From positions 2,645 to 66,644 of the forward strand of contig CAZDWF010000002.1 of assembly GCA_964508895.1 (NCBI GenBank): a stretch of DNA of 64,000 bases, read 5' to 3'. Shown in pieces: positions 18,887 to 28,047 of the stretch. The notes beneath the pieces were generated by a model that had not been told where the DNA came from, did no database searches, and saw nothing but the letters and a program-made list of their open reading frames with translations. Each line of letters opens with the position of its first letter. The first letter of the stretch is position 1. The translations under genes were made by a program, and so were the position numbers. The stretch is from an uncultured Bacteroidales bacterium. GTDB lineage: Bacteria; Bacteroidota; Bacteroidia; Bacteroidales; B18-G4.

Positions 18887-20845
18887 ATGAAAAAACTCGA
18901 TCCAAAACAAAACTTTCTAGCCAGCAAGGAAAAGACCGGATATGTCACCCGAAAAGATGCTACTCAGGATGATTACGATAGGATAGGCTTTATGTCAGGA
19001 CTGGAAGTCCACCAGCAGCTTCTCACTGATGAGAAACTCTTTTGCAGATGCCCGGCAGGACAGTACAACAAAAGCGAAGATTACGACGCAGAGGTAATCC
19101 GTCATATGAGGCCAACACTTAGTGAACTTGGTGAATACGATGGTACTGCTCTTATGGAGTTTAAAACACGTAAAGAAATAATCTACCGGATAAAAAATGA
19201 AACAGCTTGTACCTACGAAGTGGATGACACACCTCCATTTCCTATCGACAGACAGGCCCTGGAGATCGCAATTGAGATAAGTCTTTTATCTAAACTAAAT
19301 ATTGTGGGCGAAGTTCATATAACCCGTAAACAATATCTTGATGGAAGTATCCCAACTGGATTTCAGAGAACAGCAATCATCGGCGTTGAAGGGGAGATTC
19401 CTCTTAAGAATAGGAATATTCGTCTGATACAACTTAGTCTTGAAGAAGATTCATGTCGTGAGATCAGCGATATTGGACATGTGAGAGTATATAAGACGGA
19501 TAGACTTGGTATGCCACTTATTGAAACAGTGACATATCCCGATTGTACAAATCCTGATGAAGTGATGGAAGCCAATAACTATATCCGTTTTTTGAACCGT
19601 TCTACAGGAAAAGTAAGAACAGGAATGGGAGCCGGAAGGGAAGATGTGAATGTAAGTTGTCGAGGAGGATCCAGAGTTGAGATCAAAGGTGTGGCTCACA
19701 CAAAATGGATACCTGAACTTACACATAATGAATGTTTCAGACAGTGGGCATTACTGAATATGAGAGAAGAGCTCAAAGCAAAAGTTAAAGATCCTGAAAA
19801 ATGGAAAATGACTTCTAAAAAGCTTAATCCTCACGCATATAATTTCAGATATAAACCTCTGACAGAAGCCAAAAAGAATGGAGTTAAAGTGTACGCTGTA
19901 AATCTCCCGGGATTCAGAGGTATGCTCTCACATTTTACACAGCCAGGGAAAATGTTTGCCAATGAGATTACAGATCGCCTGAAAGTTATCGCTTGTATTG
20001 AAAAGCCAAATATGACCCATACTGAGGCTTTTAAAGCTGTGATATCTCAAAAAGACTGGCAATCACTTGCTAAAGAGCTGAAGTCAGGGGATGATGATGC
20101 GATGATCGTTTTCTGGGGACCGGAAGATGATATCAAAACAGCACTCGAAACTATTGAAGAGCGCTGCCAGATGGCTTTCAAAGGTATTCCAAATGAAACA
20201 AGAAAATCATTTGAAGACGGCACTACCATATTTGAAAGAGTCCTTCCCGGTGCCGACCGCATGTATCCTGATACAGATTCAGCTCCTATACCTCTGGAAG
20301 ATGAATACATCAAGAAGCTTGAGAAGAATATCCCCGATGATATTATCGACAGGTATAATAAAATGAAGGAATGGGGAATTCCGGAAGATACCTATAACTA
20401 CATATTTTCAAAAAACCATTATCCGTTAATTCTCAGGATAGTGGAAGATCTGAATATAGATCCAAAGTTTGTGGGGAGGTTTTTCGGACAGCTATTAAAA
20501 TTCGTAGAAGGACATTATGTTCCGGCAGAAGAGTTTAACTTTAAGATTATTTATGCATTGTTCAGATATCTCCTGCAGGAAGAAATTGAAGTTGAACTTG
20601 CTGAGAAGATGCTTCCAGTGGTTTATGAAAATCCAAAAATGGATTTCACCTCTGTTCTTACTGTGATCAATTTCAAGAAACTGGATAAAGAACAGATCCT
20701 GAAAAATATTCCTTTCCTGAAAAATAAATTTAATGAGATCGGAAGATCAAAAGAAGATGGAAGGGGAACAAACTGGATCATGGGTGAATTGAGGCCAACC
20801 GCACTGGGTAATATACCTATGAATCAATTGAAAAAAGAAATTTAA
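18887..20845 (+). CDS. gatE: Glu-tRNA(Gln) amidotransferase subunit E (archaeal-type GatE)
   Basis: N-terminal GatB/E signature GLEVHQQL...LFCRCP. About 650 aa, which is GatE size rather than GatB. Followed directly by a GatD-type gene. Start set at the ATG at 18887 (MKKLDPKQ). Confidence 0.8.
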   Translation: MKKLDPKQNFLASKEKTGYVTRKDATQDDYDRIGFMSGLEVHQQLLTDEKLFCRCPAGQYNKSEDYDAEVIRHMRPTLSELGEYDGTALMEFKTRKEIIYRIKNETACTYEVDDTPPFPIDRQALEIAIEISLLSKLNIVGEVHITRKQYLDGSIPTGFQRTAIIGVEGEIPLKNRNIRLIQLSLEEDSCREISDIGHVRVYKTDRLGMPLIETVTYPDCTNPDEVMEANNYIRFLNRSTGKVRTGMGAGREDVNVSCRGGSRVEIKGVAHTKWIPELTHNECFRQWALLNMREELKAKVKDPEKWKMTSKKLNPHAYNFRYKPLTEAKKNGVKVYAVNLPGFRGMLSHFTQPGKMFANEITDRLKVIACIEKPNMTHTEAFKAVISQKDWQSLAKELKSGDDDAMIVFWGPEDDIKTALETIEERCQMAFKGIPNETRKSFEDGTTIFERVLPGADRMYPDTDSAPIPLEDEYIKKLEKNIPDDIIDRYNKMKEWGIPEDTYNYIFSKNHYPLILRIVEDLNIDPKFVGRFFGQLLKFVEGHYVPAEEFNFKIIYALFRYLLQEEIEVELAEKMLPVVYENPKMDFTSVLTVINFKKLDKEQILKNIPFLKNKFNEIGRSKEDGRGTNWIMGELRPTALGNIPMNQLKKEI

Positions 20846-20865
20846 AAAATATAAAACGGATTATC

Positions 20866-22251
20866 ATGAGTGATGATTTTTTCCAGGGATATAAAGGAGA
20901 CGCACTGGAGATCCTAAAGAAATATAATACCAGGGTTTGGGGGCAGGCAGTTGCTGAAACCACACGTGGAACTTTTAAAGGAACTATTTTACCTCGTGCT
21001 GAGAACGATGATGATAAGCACATTGTAATGAAGATCATTACAGGTTACAACGTAGGAATTGACATCCGTACTATTACCTCTATGAAGGAAGAAGGCTACA
21101 AAAAGGCCAACTATAAAATTCCCGAAAAAGAATTTCCAACAACTCCCGGATTACCAGCAGTTAAGCTTTTTGGAACAGGAGGTACTATAGCATCCCGTCT
21201 TGATTATAGAACAGGAGCTGTAATCCCTGCTTTCTCACCAGGAGAGCTATACGGAGCCGTTCCTGAACTGGCAGATATCTGCAATCTGGAAACGGAAAAA
21301 GTGTTTGCGGTGTTTAGTGAAAACATGGGACCAAAGCAGTATATAGAACTCTCAAAAGCTATCGGAAAAGAGATAGAAAACGGCATAGATGGAATTGTAA
21401 TCGGCCATGGAACAGATACCCTTCACCATACAGGAGCTGCACTTACCTTTATGATACAGAATCCACCGGTACCTATTGTTCTTGTAGGATCACAAAGGTC
21501 ATCAGACAGACCCAGTTCCGATGCTGCCCTGAACCTGATGCATGCTATGAATGCTGCAGGAAATTCTGATATTGCAGAGGTGATGGTTTGTATGTTCGGT
21601 CCAACTTCTGATGAATACGGATTGCTCCACAAAGGTACCCGTGTGAGAAAAATGCATTCATCCTACCGCTCCACATTCCGTACTATTGGAGACACTCCGA
21701 TTGCAAGGGTAAACAGGAAAGAGATCATTCCAATCCATAAAAAATACCGCCACAGACGCAAAGACCGCAATGTGAAGATCATGCCTTACTTTAGCGATGA
21801 GGTTACCATGCTTTATTACTATCCGGGAATGAAACCAGACACTATTGATGCGCTGGTTGATGCAGGATACAGGGGTATTATAATAGTAGGAACAGGCCTT
21901 GGTCATGTAAACAAGGAACTCTATCCCGCCATAGAAAGAGCACATGCAAAAGGTGTTCATATGTTTATGACCTTACAGACCATATGGGGCTATGTTCATA
22001 TGTTCGTATACGATACCGGCCGCGACATGATGGCAAAGGGAATCATCCCTACAGGAAATATGCTTCCTGAAGTAGCATGGGTCAAACTTAGCTGGATCCT
22101 TGCCCAGACCGATGATCCTGCAGAGGTAAAACGCATGATGCTAACTCCTGTCAACGATGAGATCACACCAAGAGAACCATATAATGGATATTTGGTTTAT
22201 CAGGGTGGAGTGCCGGAAGTAGAGGAGTTTGTGAGGAATGTGCATAAGTAG
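20866..22251 (+). CDS. gatD: Glu-tRNA(Gln) amidotransferase subunit D (asparaginase-family GatD)
   Basis: Asparaginase motifs FGTGGTIAS and GHGTDTL, with an N-terminal extension typical of GatD. Lies 20 nt downstream of gatE. Confidence 0.8.
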   Translation: MSDDFFQGYKGDALEILKKYNTRVWGQAVAETTRGTFKGTILPRAENDDDKHIVMKIITGYNVGIDIRTITSMKEEGYKKANYKIPEKEFPTTPGLPAVKLFGTGGTIASRLDYRTGAVIPAFSPGELYGAVPELADICNLETEKVFAVFSENMGPKQYIELSKAIGKEIENGIDGIVIGHGTDTLHHTGAALTFMIQNPPVPIVLVGSQRSSDRPSSDAALNLMHAMNAAGNSDIAEVMVCMFGPTSDEYGLLHKGTRVRKMHSSYRSTFRTIGDTPIARVNRKEIIPIHKKYRHRRKDRNVKIMPYFSDEVTMLYYYPGMKPDTIDALVDAGYRGIIIVGTGLGHVNKELYPAIERAHAKGVHMFMTLQTIWGYVHMFVYDTGRDMMAKGIIPTGNMLPEVAWVKLSWILAQTDDPAEVKRMMLTPVNDEITPREPYNGYLVYQGGVPEVEEFVRNVHK

Positions 22252-22258
22252 TTTCCTG

Positions 22259-22276
22259 TCGTAAGGGGCATTACGA
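22259..22276 (+). terminator. Hairpin just after the gatD stop
   Basis: Sequence tcgtaa-ggggca-ttacga. No U-tract follows. Confidence 0.35.
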
Positions 22277-22286
22277 AACTCTAAAT

Positions 22287-22384
22287 ACTTTAATTTACTT
22301 TACCTGACTTTAACTTACTTCATTGAACTTTAAAGTGCTCAAGAATTCCTTATTCCCTACGGCCGATTCCATATTCCCTATTTG
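22287..22384. repeat. Long heptad-phased tract (14 units) downstream of gatD
   Basis: Units: actttaa tttactt tacctga ctttaac ttacttc attgaac tttaaag tgctcaa gaattcc ttattcc ctacggc cgattcc atattcc ctatttg. Confidence 0.7.
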
Positions 22385-22529
22385 ATCCATGCAATAAGCT
22401 GATATTTATATGAAATTGTACATCATATGTTATTGCAGTGGCAGATGAGGATTGGAATCGAAAACTGAACGATTACGCATTAGCTTCAGCCTTGGCGCAC
22501 AGCCAACTATTACCCAATTCTATCGGATG

Positions 22530-23168
22530 TTATAATAACTCAAAAGAATATCCTCTCTCCAAACATCCTTCAATAAACCCAGGAAGTGTATACATCACCT
22601 TTTCCTTCGCCTTAATACTGTCATGAAAGATCACAATGCTTCCATTTCCATCAATATTCAGGGCATTTTCCAGACATTGTTCTTTGGTAGTATCGGTTTT
22701 GAAATCACCACTGAGTACCGACCACATTATGATCTTATAGTTTCGTCTGAGAATCTTTGATTGCCTTCGTGTAATCCTGCCATAAGGAGGTCTGAACAGA
22801 TCAGATTCAATGAACTCAGCACATTTCTTCACATTGTCAATGTATTCCTGAAATGTTGTTTTCCAGCTGTTAAGGTGATTGTAGGTGTGGTTGGCAGTTT
22901 TATGTCCTCTTTCCTGGATCTGCTTATACAGTGCAGGATTTTTAAATACATTATGCCCAACACAAAAGAAAGTGGCCTTTACATCATATTCTTCCAGGAT
23001 ATTCAGTACATCGGGAGTTACTTCAGGAATAGGGCCATCATCAAAAGTAAGATATACGGTATTTCGTTTGTCTTTTACTGACCAGATCAGGTTAGGCCCG
23101 TAAAAGCGTTTTACTATTAGTGATGGTTTAAAGTAATTCAATTTAATTAGTTTAATATGGTCCGCCAA
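22530..23168 (-). CDS. Polysaccharide deacetylase (NodB homology domain)
   Basis: Motifs TFDDGP and HTYNH. Overlaps the upstream gene by 17 nt, which suggests an operon. Confidence 0.8.
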   Translation of the reverse strand: MADHIKLIKLNYFKPSLIVKRFYGPNLIWSVKDKRNTVYLTFDDGPIPEVTPDVLNILEEYDVKATFFCVGHNVFKNPALYKQIQERGHKTANHTYNHLNSWKTTFQEYIDNVKKCAEFIESDLFRPPYGRITRRQSKILRRNYKIIMWSVLSGDFKTDTTKEQCLENALNIDGNGSIVIFHDSIKAKEKVMYTLPGFIEGCLERGYSFELL

Positions 23169-26100
23169 TATATCTCTGGTAATACATGTCGAAGACTGAT
23201 TTTGCCTCTGTAGCGATTTCTGTTCTGCCTTTTCTTTCTGCTGTCTGATAAATCTCTCTTATCATGGCAAGATTATGTTGGCGCTGCATATCAATCTTTT
23301 CAGCATTGCTTCCTGTAAAACGGAAATAATATTGAAGGTTCTGATGGGTGATCTCATATAATCTCTGTAGTATAGCGTCTCCTTTCTCATCAGCACCTAT
23401 ATCATAATATACTTCAGCAACAGGTACCATGAAGAAATCATATAAAACTGCTTCATCAGGAACAATTTCTATCAATCTATCAACAACTTGTTCTGCTGAA
23501 TCGGGTTTATTTTCCATGACAAGGGCTTTTGCAAGTCTGCTGTAAATATTTCTCATATTCATGGATGCCCTGTAATTATCCTCATTCACATTAATTTGTT
23601 CCCCACTTAATCCCAGGGTAAATTTATTCATGAGGTTATCATACATTATATTGGTATTAATAGCAGCAATTTGATGATCAGGACTCTTGATCTTTGCAGG
23701 GACCAGGCGATAAGCCATTCCTTCTTGAATAAAGTAATCCTGTAATCCCAGGTATGCATCATCTCCTGTTGTAATAGAGAAATAAACAGGTCTTTTCCAG
23801 TTGTTCTGAGCCAGGAAGTCGAGCACCATTACCTGACTTTTGGAGATTCCAATAGCGTCAATATTCCATTTTACATCCTCAATCTGATCGGCATATTTTT
23901 CAGGAAGCACTTTGTATTGCATAATTGTAGCTGAATCTGCTTTTATCCTGAACTTCTTGGTAGGGAAATAATCATAAACTTCTTTTCCTGTTTTGAGTTT
24001 GAAGTGGCCTTCATTCTCATTAAGAAGGTCAAATAATTCTTTAATATCCACATAATCTTTTATCTTCTCATTCTCCACAAGGTAAACAGCATCCCTTGTG
24101 CCCTGTCTGTACATATCTTTGGTAAGTGAGAATGGCATCCTTTCAGAGTCATAAACCTTTTTACCCATCTGGTCAACATACCAGTCACCATTAAACAGGC
24201 TGAGGTTACATACTCTCACATCTGTTCGTACACCTTCCACTTCCTGGGCATACCAGAGCGGAAAGGTATCATTATCACCGTTAGTAAAAATAATGGAATT
24301 AGGCGCACAGGAATTAAGGTAGTTTTTAGCTACTTCCAGCGCAGTATATCGTCCTGCACGGGTATGGTCATCCCAACCTTCATCAGCCATATTTATTGGA
24401 ACAGTTATTAAGACAATAGGAAATACTATGGCAAGTGCCAACTCGTGTTTTATAACTTTTCCCACAAGGTTTACCAGGGAGATCAATCCAAAACCCATCC
24501 AGATGGCAAAGCCATAGAATGAAGCTGCAAATGCATAATCCCTTTCCCTGGGTTGTGGTGCATGTTGGTTCAGGTAGACTACAATGGCCAGGCCTGTCAT
24601 AAAAAACAACAAGCTCACAACCAGCCCATCTTTGTAATTTCTTTTGAACTGATAATACAATCCTATTAATCCTAAAATCAACGGAAGGAAATAAAAAGTA
24701 TTTCTGGCTTTGTTGCGGGTTGATTCGGGAAGATTATCCTGCGGCCCCAGTCGCCATTCATCAATAAATTTGATCCCACTCAACCAGTTTCCATTAACAA
24801 GGTCACCATGCCCCTGCAGATCATTCTGCCGGCCTGTAAAATTCCACATGAAATACCTCCAGTACATATGCTTGACCTGGTATCGCCAGAAAAATCTCAG
24901 GTTCTCTCCAAAAGTTGGAACCCGTTTATTTTCAGGATCGCTCTTTATGCTGGCCCACTGCTTGTATTGTTGTGCAAAGCGAGCTTCGGAATTATCCCAC
25001 ATCCTGGGAAAGAAAGTGCTATATTTTTCATCATAAACAGCCACTTCCCCTTTTTTCATATTGCTTATTACATATTTCTTCTTAGCATAATCTTTCACAT
25101 AGGTTGGATTACCATCCTTTCTTTCCACAACAGGTGCATTGTAATATTGTCCGTTAATAATGGGCCATGTGCCATACTGTTCACGGTTAAGGTATGAGAG
25201 TAAACTTATCGCATCTTTTGGACTGTTCTCATTGATAGGGGTGTCTGCATTGGATCGTATTACCAGCATTACAAATGATGAATATCCTATCAGGATAAAT
25301 ACAATACCCAGTAAAACCGATTGTTGCATAGCTTTCCGTTTCCTGGAATAATAAAAGAAAGTTACAATAGCGGCTAAAATAATAACCCTGAAAAATAATG
25401 AAGCAGCTCCATCACTTTCTAATATGAATAATATTCCGAGGATAGCACCAAGGATTATAATAATAGTATTAAGTTTCTTCGTTGGGTTTGAGGTATGGAA
25501 TATTGCCAGGATGAGCAATGAAACAATCAGGAGGAAGAAGAATACTGTTCCTGTGTTAAAAGGTAAGCCAAATGTATTGACAAATATCAGCTCTGTCTTG
25601 GCAAATAGGCTGATGGTTTCAGGAATGATACCGAACATTATTCCTGCAAGAATTACAAAGGATACCAGTAGTGATATTATTATATTTCCAGCGCTGTGCT
25701 TTTTATATTTCTTAAAGAAATAAATAAGAGTTATTGCAGGAATGGCTAAGAGATTAAGCAAGTGAACCCCTATCGACAAACCAATAAGATAAGCAATAAG
25801 AATGAGCCAGCGATCTGCATGCTTTTCATTGGCTACTTCTTCCCATTTCAGTGCAGCCCAAAAAACTATAGCAGTGAAGAATGATGACATAGCATAAACC
25901 TCACCTTCCACAGCTGAGAACCAGAATGAATCTGAAAAAGTATATGCCATAGAACCTACAATTCCGGCAGCAATGATAGTCCAGCTTTGGATCTTATTGA
26001 TCTCACCATTATTAACAACTATCTTGCGCGCAAGATGGGTAATGGTCCAGAAAAGAAATAAGATAGTGAAGCTACTCGATAATGCCGACATGGCATTTAT

Positions 26101-26343
26101 CATCAGTGCTACCTGGGAAACATCGCCAAAGGCAAATAGAGAGAAAAACCTTCCCAGCAATTGAAAAAATGGAGCACCGGGTGGATGACCCACCTGTAGT
26201 TTATATGCAGTGGCAATATATTCACCACAATCCCAGAAACTGGTTGTAGGTTCTAAAGTTGAAAAATAAACAAGAGTGGCAATTATGAAAACAAGCCAGC
26301 CGGTTAAGTTGTTAAGCTTTCTGTAATTTATCATTGTGAGCAT
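23152..26343 (-). CDS. DUF2723-type polytopic membrane protein, GT-C-like glycosyltransferase
   Basis: N-terminal block TSFWDCGEYIATAYKLQVGHPPGAPFFQLLGRFF. More than 10 TM helices followed by a large soluble C-terminal region. Confidence 0.65.
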   Translation of the reverse strand: MLTMINYRKLNNLTGWLVFIIATLVYFSTLEPTTSFWDCGEYIATAYKLQVGHPPGAPFFQLLGRFFSLFAFGDVSQVALMINAMSALSSSFTILFLFWTITHLARKIVVNNGEINKIQSWTIIAAGIVGSMAYTFSDSFWFSAVEGEVYAMSSFFTAIVFWAALKWEEVANEKHADRWLILIAYLIGLSIGVHLLNLLAIPAITLIYFFKKYKKHSAGNIIISLLVSFVILAGIMFGIIPETISLFAKTELIFVNTFGLPFNTGTVFFFLLIVSLLILAIFHTSNPTKKLNTIIIILGAILGILFILESDGAASLFFRVIILAAIVTFFYYSRKRKAMQQSVLLGIVFILIGYSSFVMLVIRSNADTPINENSPKDAISLLSYLNREQYGTWPIINGQYYNAPVVERKDGNPTYVKDYAKKKYVISNMKKGEVAVYDEKYSTFFPRMWDNSEARFAQQYKQWASIKSDPENKRVPTFGENLRFFWRYQVKHMYWRYFMWNFTGRQNDLQGHGDLVNGNWLSGIKFIDEWRLGPQDNLPESTRNKARNTFYFLPLILGLIGLYYQFKRNYKDGLVVSLLFFMTGLAIVVYLNQHAPQPRERDYAFAASFYGFAIWMGFGLISLVNLVGKVIKHELALAIVFPIVLITVPINMADEGWDDHTRAGRYTALEVAKNYLNSCAPNSIIFTNGDNDTFPLWYAQEVEGVRTDVRVCNLSLFNGDWYVDQMGKKVYDSERMPFSLTKDMYRQGTRDAVYLVENEKIKDYVDIKELFDLLNENEGHFKLKTGKEVYDYFPTKKFRIKADSATIMQYKVLPEKYADQIEDVKWNIDAIGISKSQVMVLDFLAQNNWKRPVYFSITTGDDAYLGLQDYFIQEGMAYRLVPAKIKSPDHQIAAINTNIMYDNLMNKFTLGLSGEQINVNEDNYRASMNMRNIYSRLAKALVMENKPDSAEQVVDRLIEIVPDEAVLYDFFMVPVAEVYYDIGADEKGDAILQRLYEITHQNLQYYFRFTGSNAEKIDMQRQHNLAMIREIYQTAERKGRTEIATEAKSVFDMYYQRYIGGPY

Positions 26344-26444
26344 GTTCGTAAAGACTCTTGCGAATTTAGAAAAATAAAGTGAGTTAGAATGGAATTGTTT
26401 ATTTTTGTTGAATAGAATTTTGTATATTCAAAATCATTATGATA

Positions 26445-26465
26445 GCGCGCGTCAGAGACGCGCGC
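26445..26465. other. GC-only 9-bp-stem hairpin in a divergent promoter region
   Basis: Sequence gcgcgcgtc-aga-gacgcgcgc. It stands out in AT-rich DNA. Confidence 0.6.
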
Positions 26466-26495
26466 CATCAGTTAAATCTGCGAGAAACATTTGAC

Positions 26496-27242
26496 ATGAA
26501 AAAAATAGTATTGCTTCGGCACGGTGAGAGTGTCTGGAATAAAGAAAACAGGTTTACCGGATGGACCGATGTGGGTCTTTCTGAAAAGGGCGTTAAAGAG
26601 GCCCTGGAGGCCGGTAAGGTTTTGAAAGAAGAAGGATACAGCTTTGATCTGGCCTATACATCATACCTTACCCGTGCAATAAAAACCCTTTGGCTCACAC
26701 TGGAAGAGATGGACCAGATGTGGATTCCAGTTTATAAAAACTGGCGCCTGAATGAAAAACACTATGGGAATTTACAAGGACTAAATAAAGCAGAAACTGC
26801 TGAGAAATTTGGTGATGAACAGGTGCTCTTATGGAGAAGAAGCTATGATATACCACCAGAACCATTAAGAGCGGATGATCCAAGGAGCGCCACCCATGAT
26901 CCAAGATATGTGGCACTTACCCATGAACAAATTCCAATGACAGAATGCTTAAAAGATGTTGTTGATCGTATGGTTCCATACTGGCAAAATGATATTGCAG
27001 TTTCACTTCAAAAATTTGATCAGATACTGGTGGCAGCACACGGAAACAGTCTGCGTGCTGTAGTGAAATATCTGAAAAATATGGGCGAGGATGAAATCCT
27101 GAAGTTCAATATTCCAACGGGTGTACCTTATGTTTTTGAATTTGATAATGATCTGGTTCTACAAAAAGACTACTTCCTTGGTGATCCTGAGATCATTAAA
27201 AAACTTATGGAACAGGTTGCTAATCAGGCTAAAAAGAAATAA
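26496..27242 (+). CDS. gpmA: 2,3-bisphosphoglycerate-dependent phosphoglycerate mutase
   Basis: Signature [18 protein letters not shown] and the HGNSLRA block. Start set at MKKIVLL, because the upstream extension covers a GC hairpin. Confidence 0.9.
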   Translation: MKKIVLLRHGESVWNKENRFTGWTDVGLSEKGVKEALEAGKVLKEEGYSFDLAYTSYLTRAIKTLWLTLEEMDQMWIPVYKNWRLNEKHYGNLQGLNKAETAEKFGDEQVLLWRRSYDIPPEPLRADDPRSATHDPRYVALTHEQIPMTECLKDVVDRMVPYWQNDIAVSLQKFDQILVAAHGNSLRAVVKYLKNMGEDEILKFNIPTGVPYVFEFDNDLVLQKDYFLGDPEIIKKLMEQVANQAKKK

Positions 27243-27245
27243 CCT

Positions 27246-27968
27246 ATGGCGAAAAGATGGGTGATCCCCGACATACATGGCTGTTCTAAAACACTAAAAT
27301 CATTACTTGATTATCATATCAAGCCTACAAAGCATGACTGGCTTTACTTCCTGGGTGATTATATTGACAGGGGACCGGATTCAAAAGGGGTGATTGATAT
27401 TATAAGAAAGCTGCAGGAAGATGAATATAACGTCAGGCTGCTCAAAGGAAACCATGAGGATTATCTTATCAAAGCCTATAAAGCTGAATTTGAAAGAAAA
27501 AGTTTCCTTGGGATCAAATCCAAAAACCACATGAAAGAAGAGTGGAAAAAATTCGGAGGAAAAGAGACCCTTGAAAGCTTTGGTGTTAAGAACCTTCAGG
27601 ATTTTCCTAAAGAATATATCGACTGGCTTGCCAAGTTGGAATTATTTATTGAACTGGAAGATTTTGTACTGGTGCATGCAGGCCTGAACTTCGACAATGA
27701 CGATCCTTTCGAAGATGAGCAATCCATATTATGGCTCCGCGATTTCAAACCCCAACCGGAAAAAATTAACAACCGTACGCTAATCCATGGTCATGTACCA
27801 ATCAATCTGGAGCTTATATACCATCTAAAAAAAGGTAATTCATACAAATACATCGACCTCGACAATGGTATCTACATGAACGACCGCATAGGATTTGGTA
27901 ATCTTGTAGCCATGGAGTTGGATAGCAAGGAGATAGTGGCGCAGAACAACATTGACATGGATTCCTGA
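27246..27968 (+). CDS. Metallophosphoesterase (PPP-family Ser/Thr phosphatase-like)
   Basis: Motifs DIHGC, GDYIDRGPDS, GNHE, VHAG and HGH. Confidence 0.8.
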   Translation: MAKRWVIPDIHGCSKTLKSLLDYHIKPTKHDWLYFLGDYIDRGPDSKGVIDIIRKLQEDEYNVRLLKGNHEDYLIKAYKAEFERKSFLGIKSKNHMKEEWKKFGGKETLESFGVKNLQDFPKEYIDWLAKLELFIELEDFVLVHAGLNFDNDDPFEDEQSILWLRDFKPQPEKINNRTLIHGHVPINLELIYHLKKGNSYKYIDLDNGIYMNDRIGFGNLVAMELDSKEIVAQNNIDMDS

Positions 27969-28003
27969 TTCCTGACACCGGATACCAGACTCCGGACTTC
28001 GGA
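27962..28003. repeat. Heptad array NNCCNGA
   Basis: Units: ttcctga ttcctga caccgga taccaga ctccgga cttcgga. The first unit holds the TGA stop of 27246-27968. Confidence 0.8.
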
Positions 28004-28047
28004 ACGGCTATGCAATTCGAAAGTTCAGATCTTTTAATGAACAGCTT

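Noticed and set aside
22438-22626. 62-aa plus-strand ORF in the gatD-deacetylase spacer.
   Set aside because: Its 3' part is antisense to the well-supported deacetylase gene. It has no motif, and the upstream half lies in heptad-phased non-coding DNA.
26439-26495. 19-codon N-terminal extension of gpmA. The analogous extensions of 17346-18179, 28048-29481, 31019-33088 and 52823-53329 were treated the same way.
   Set aside because: The extensions cover hairpin or repeat DNA, or precede an obvious signal peptide or the family N-terminus. The internal ATG starts fit the protein families better.
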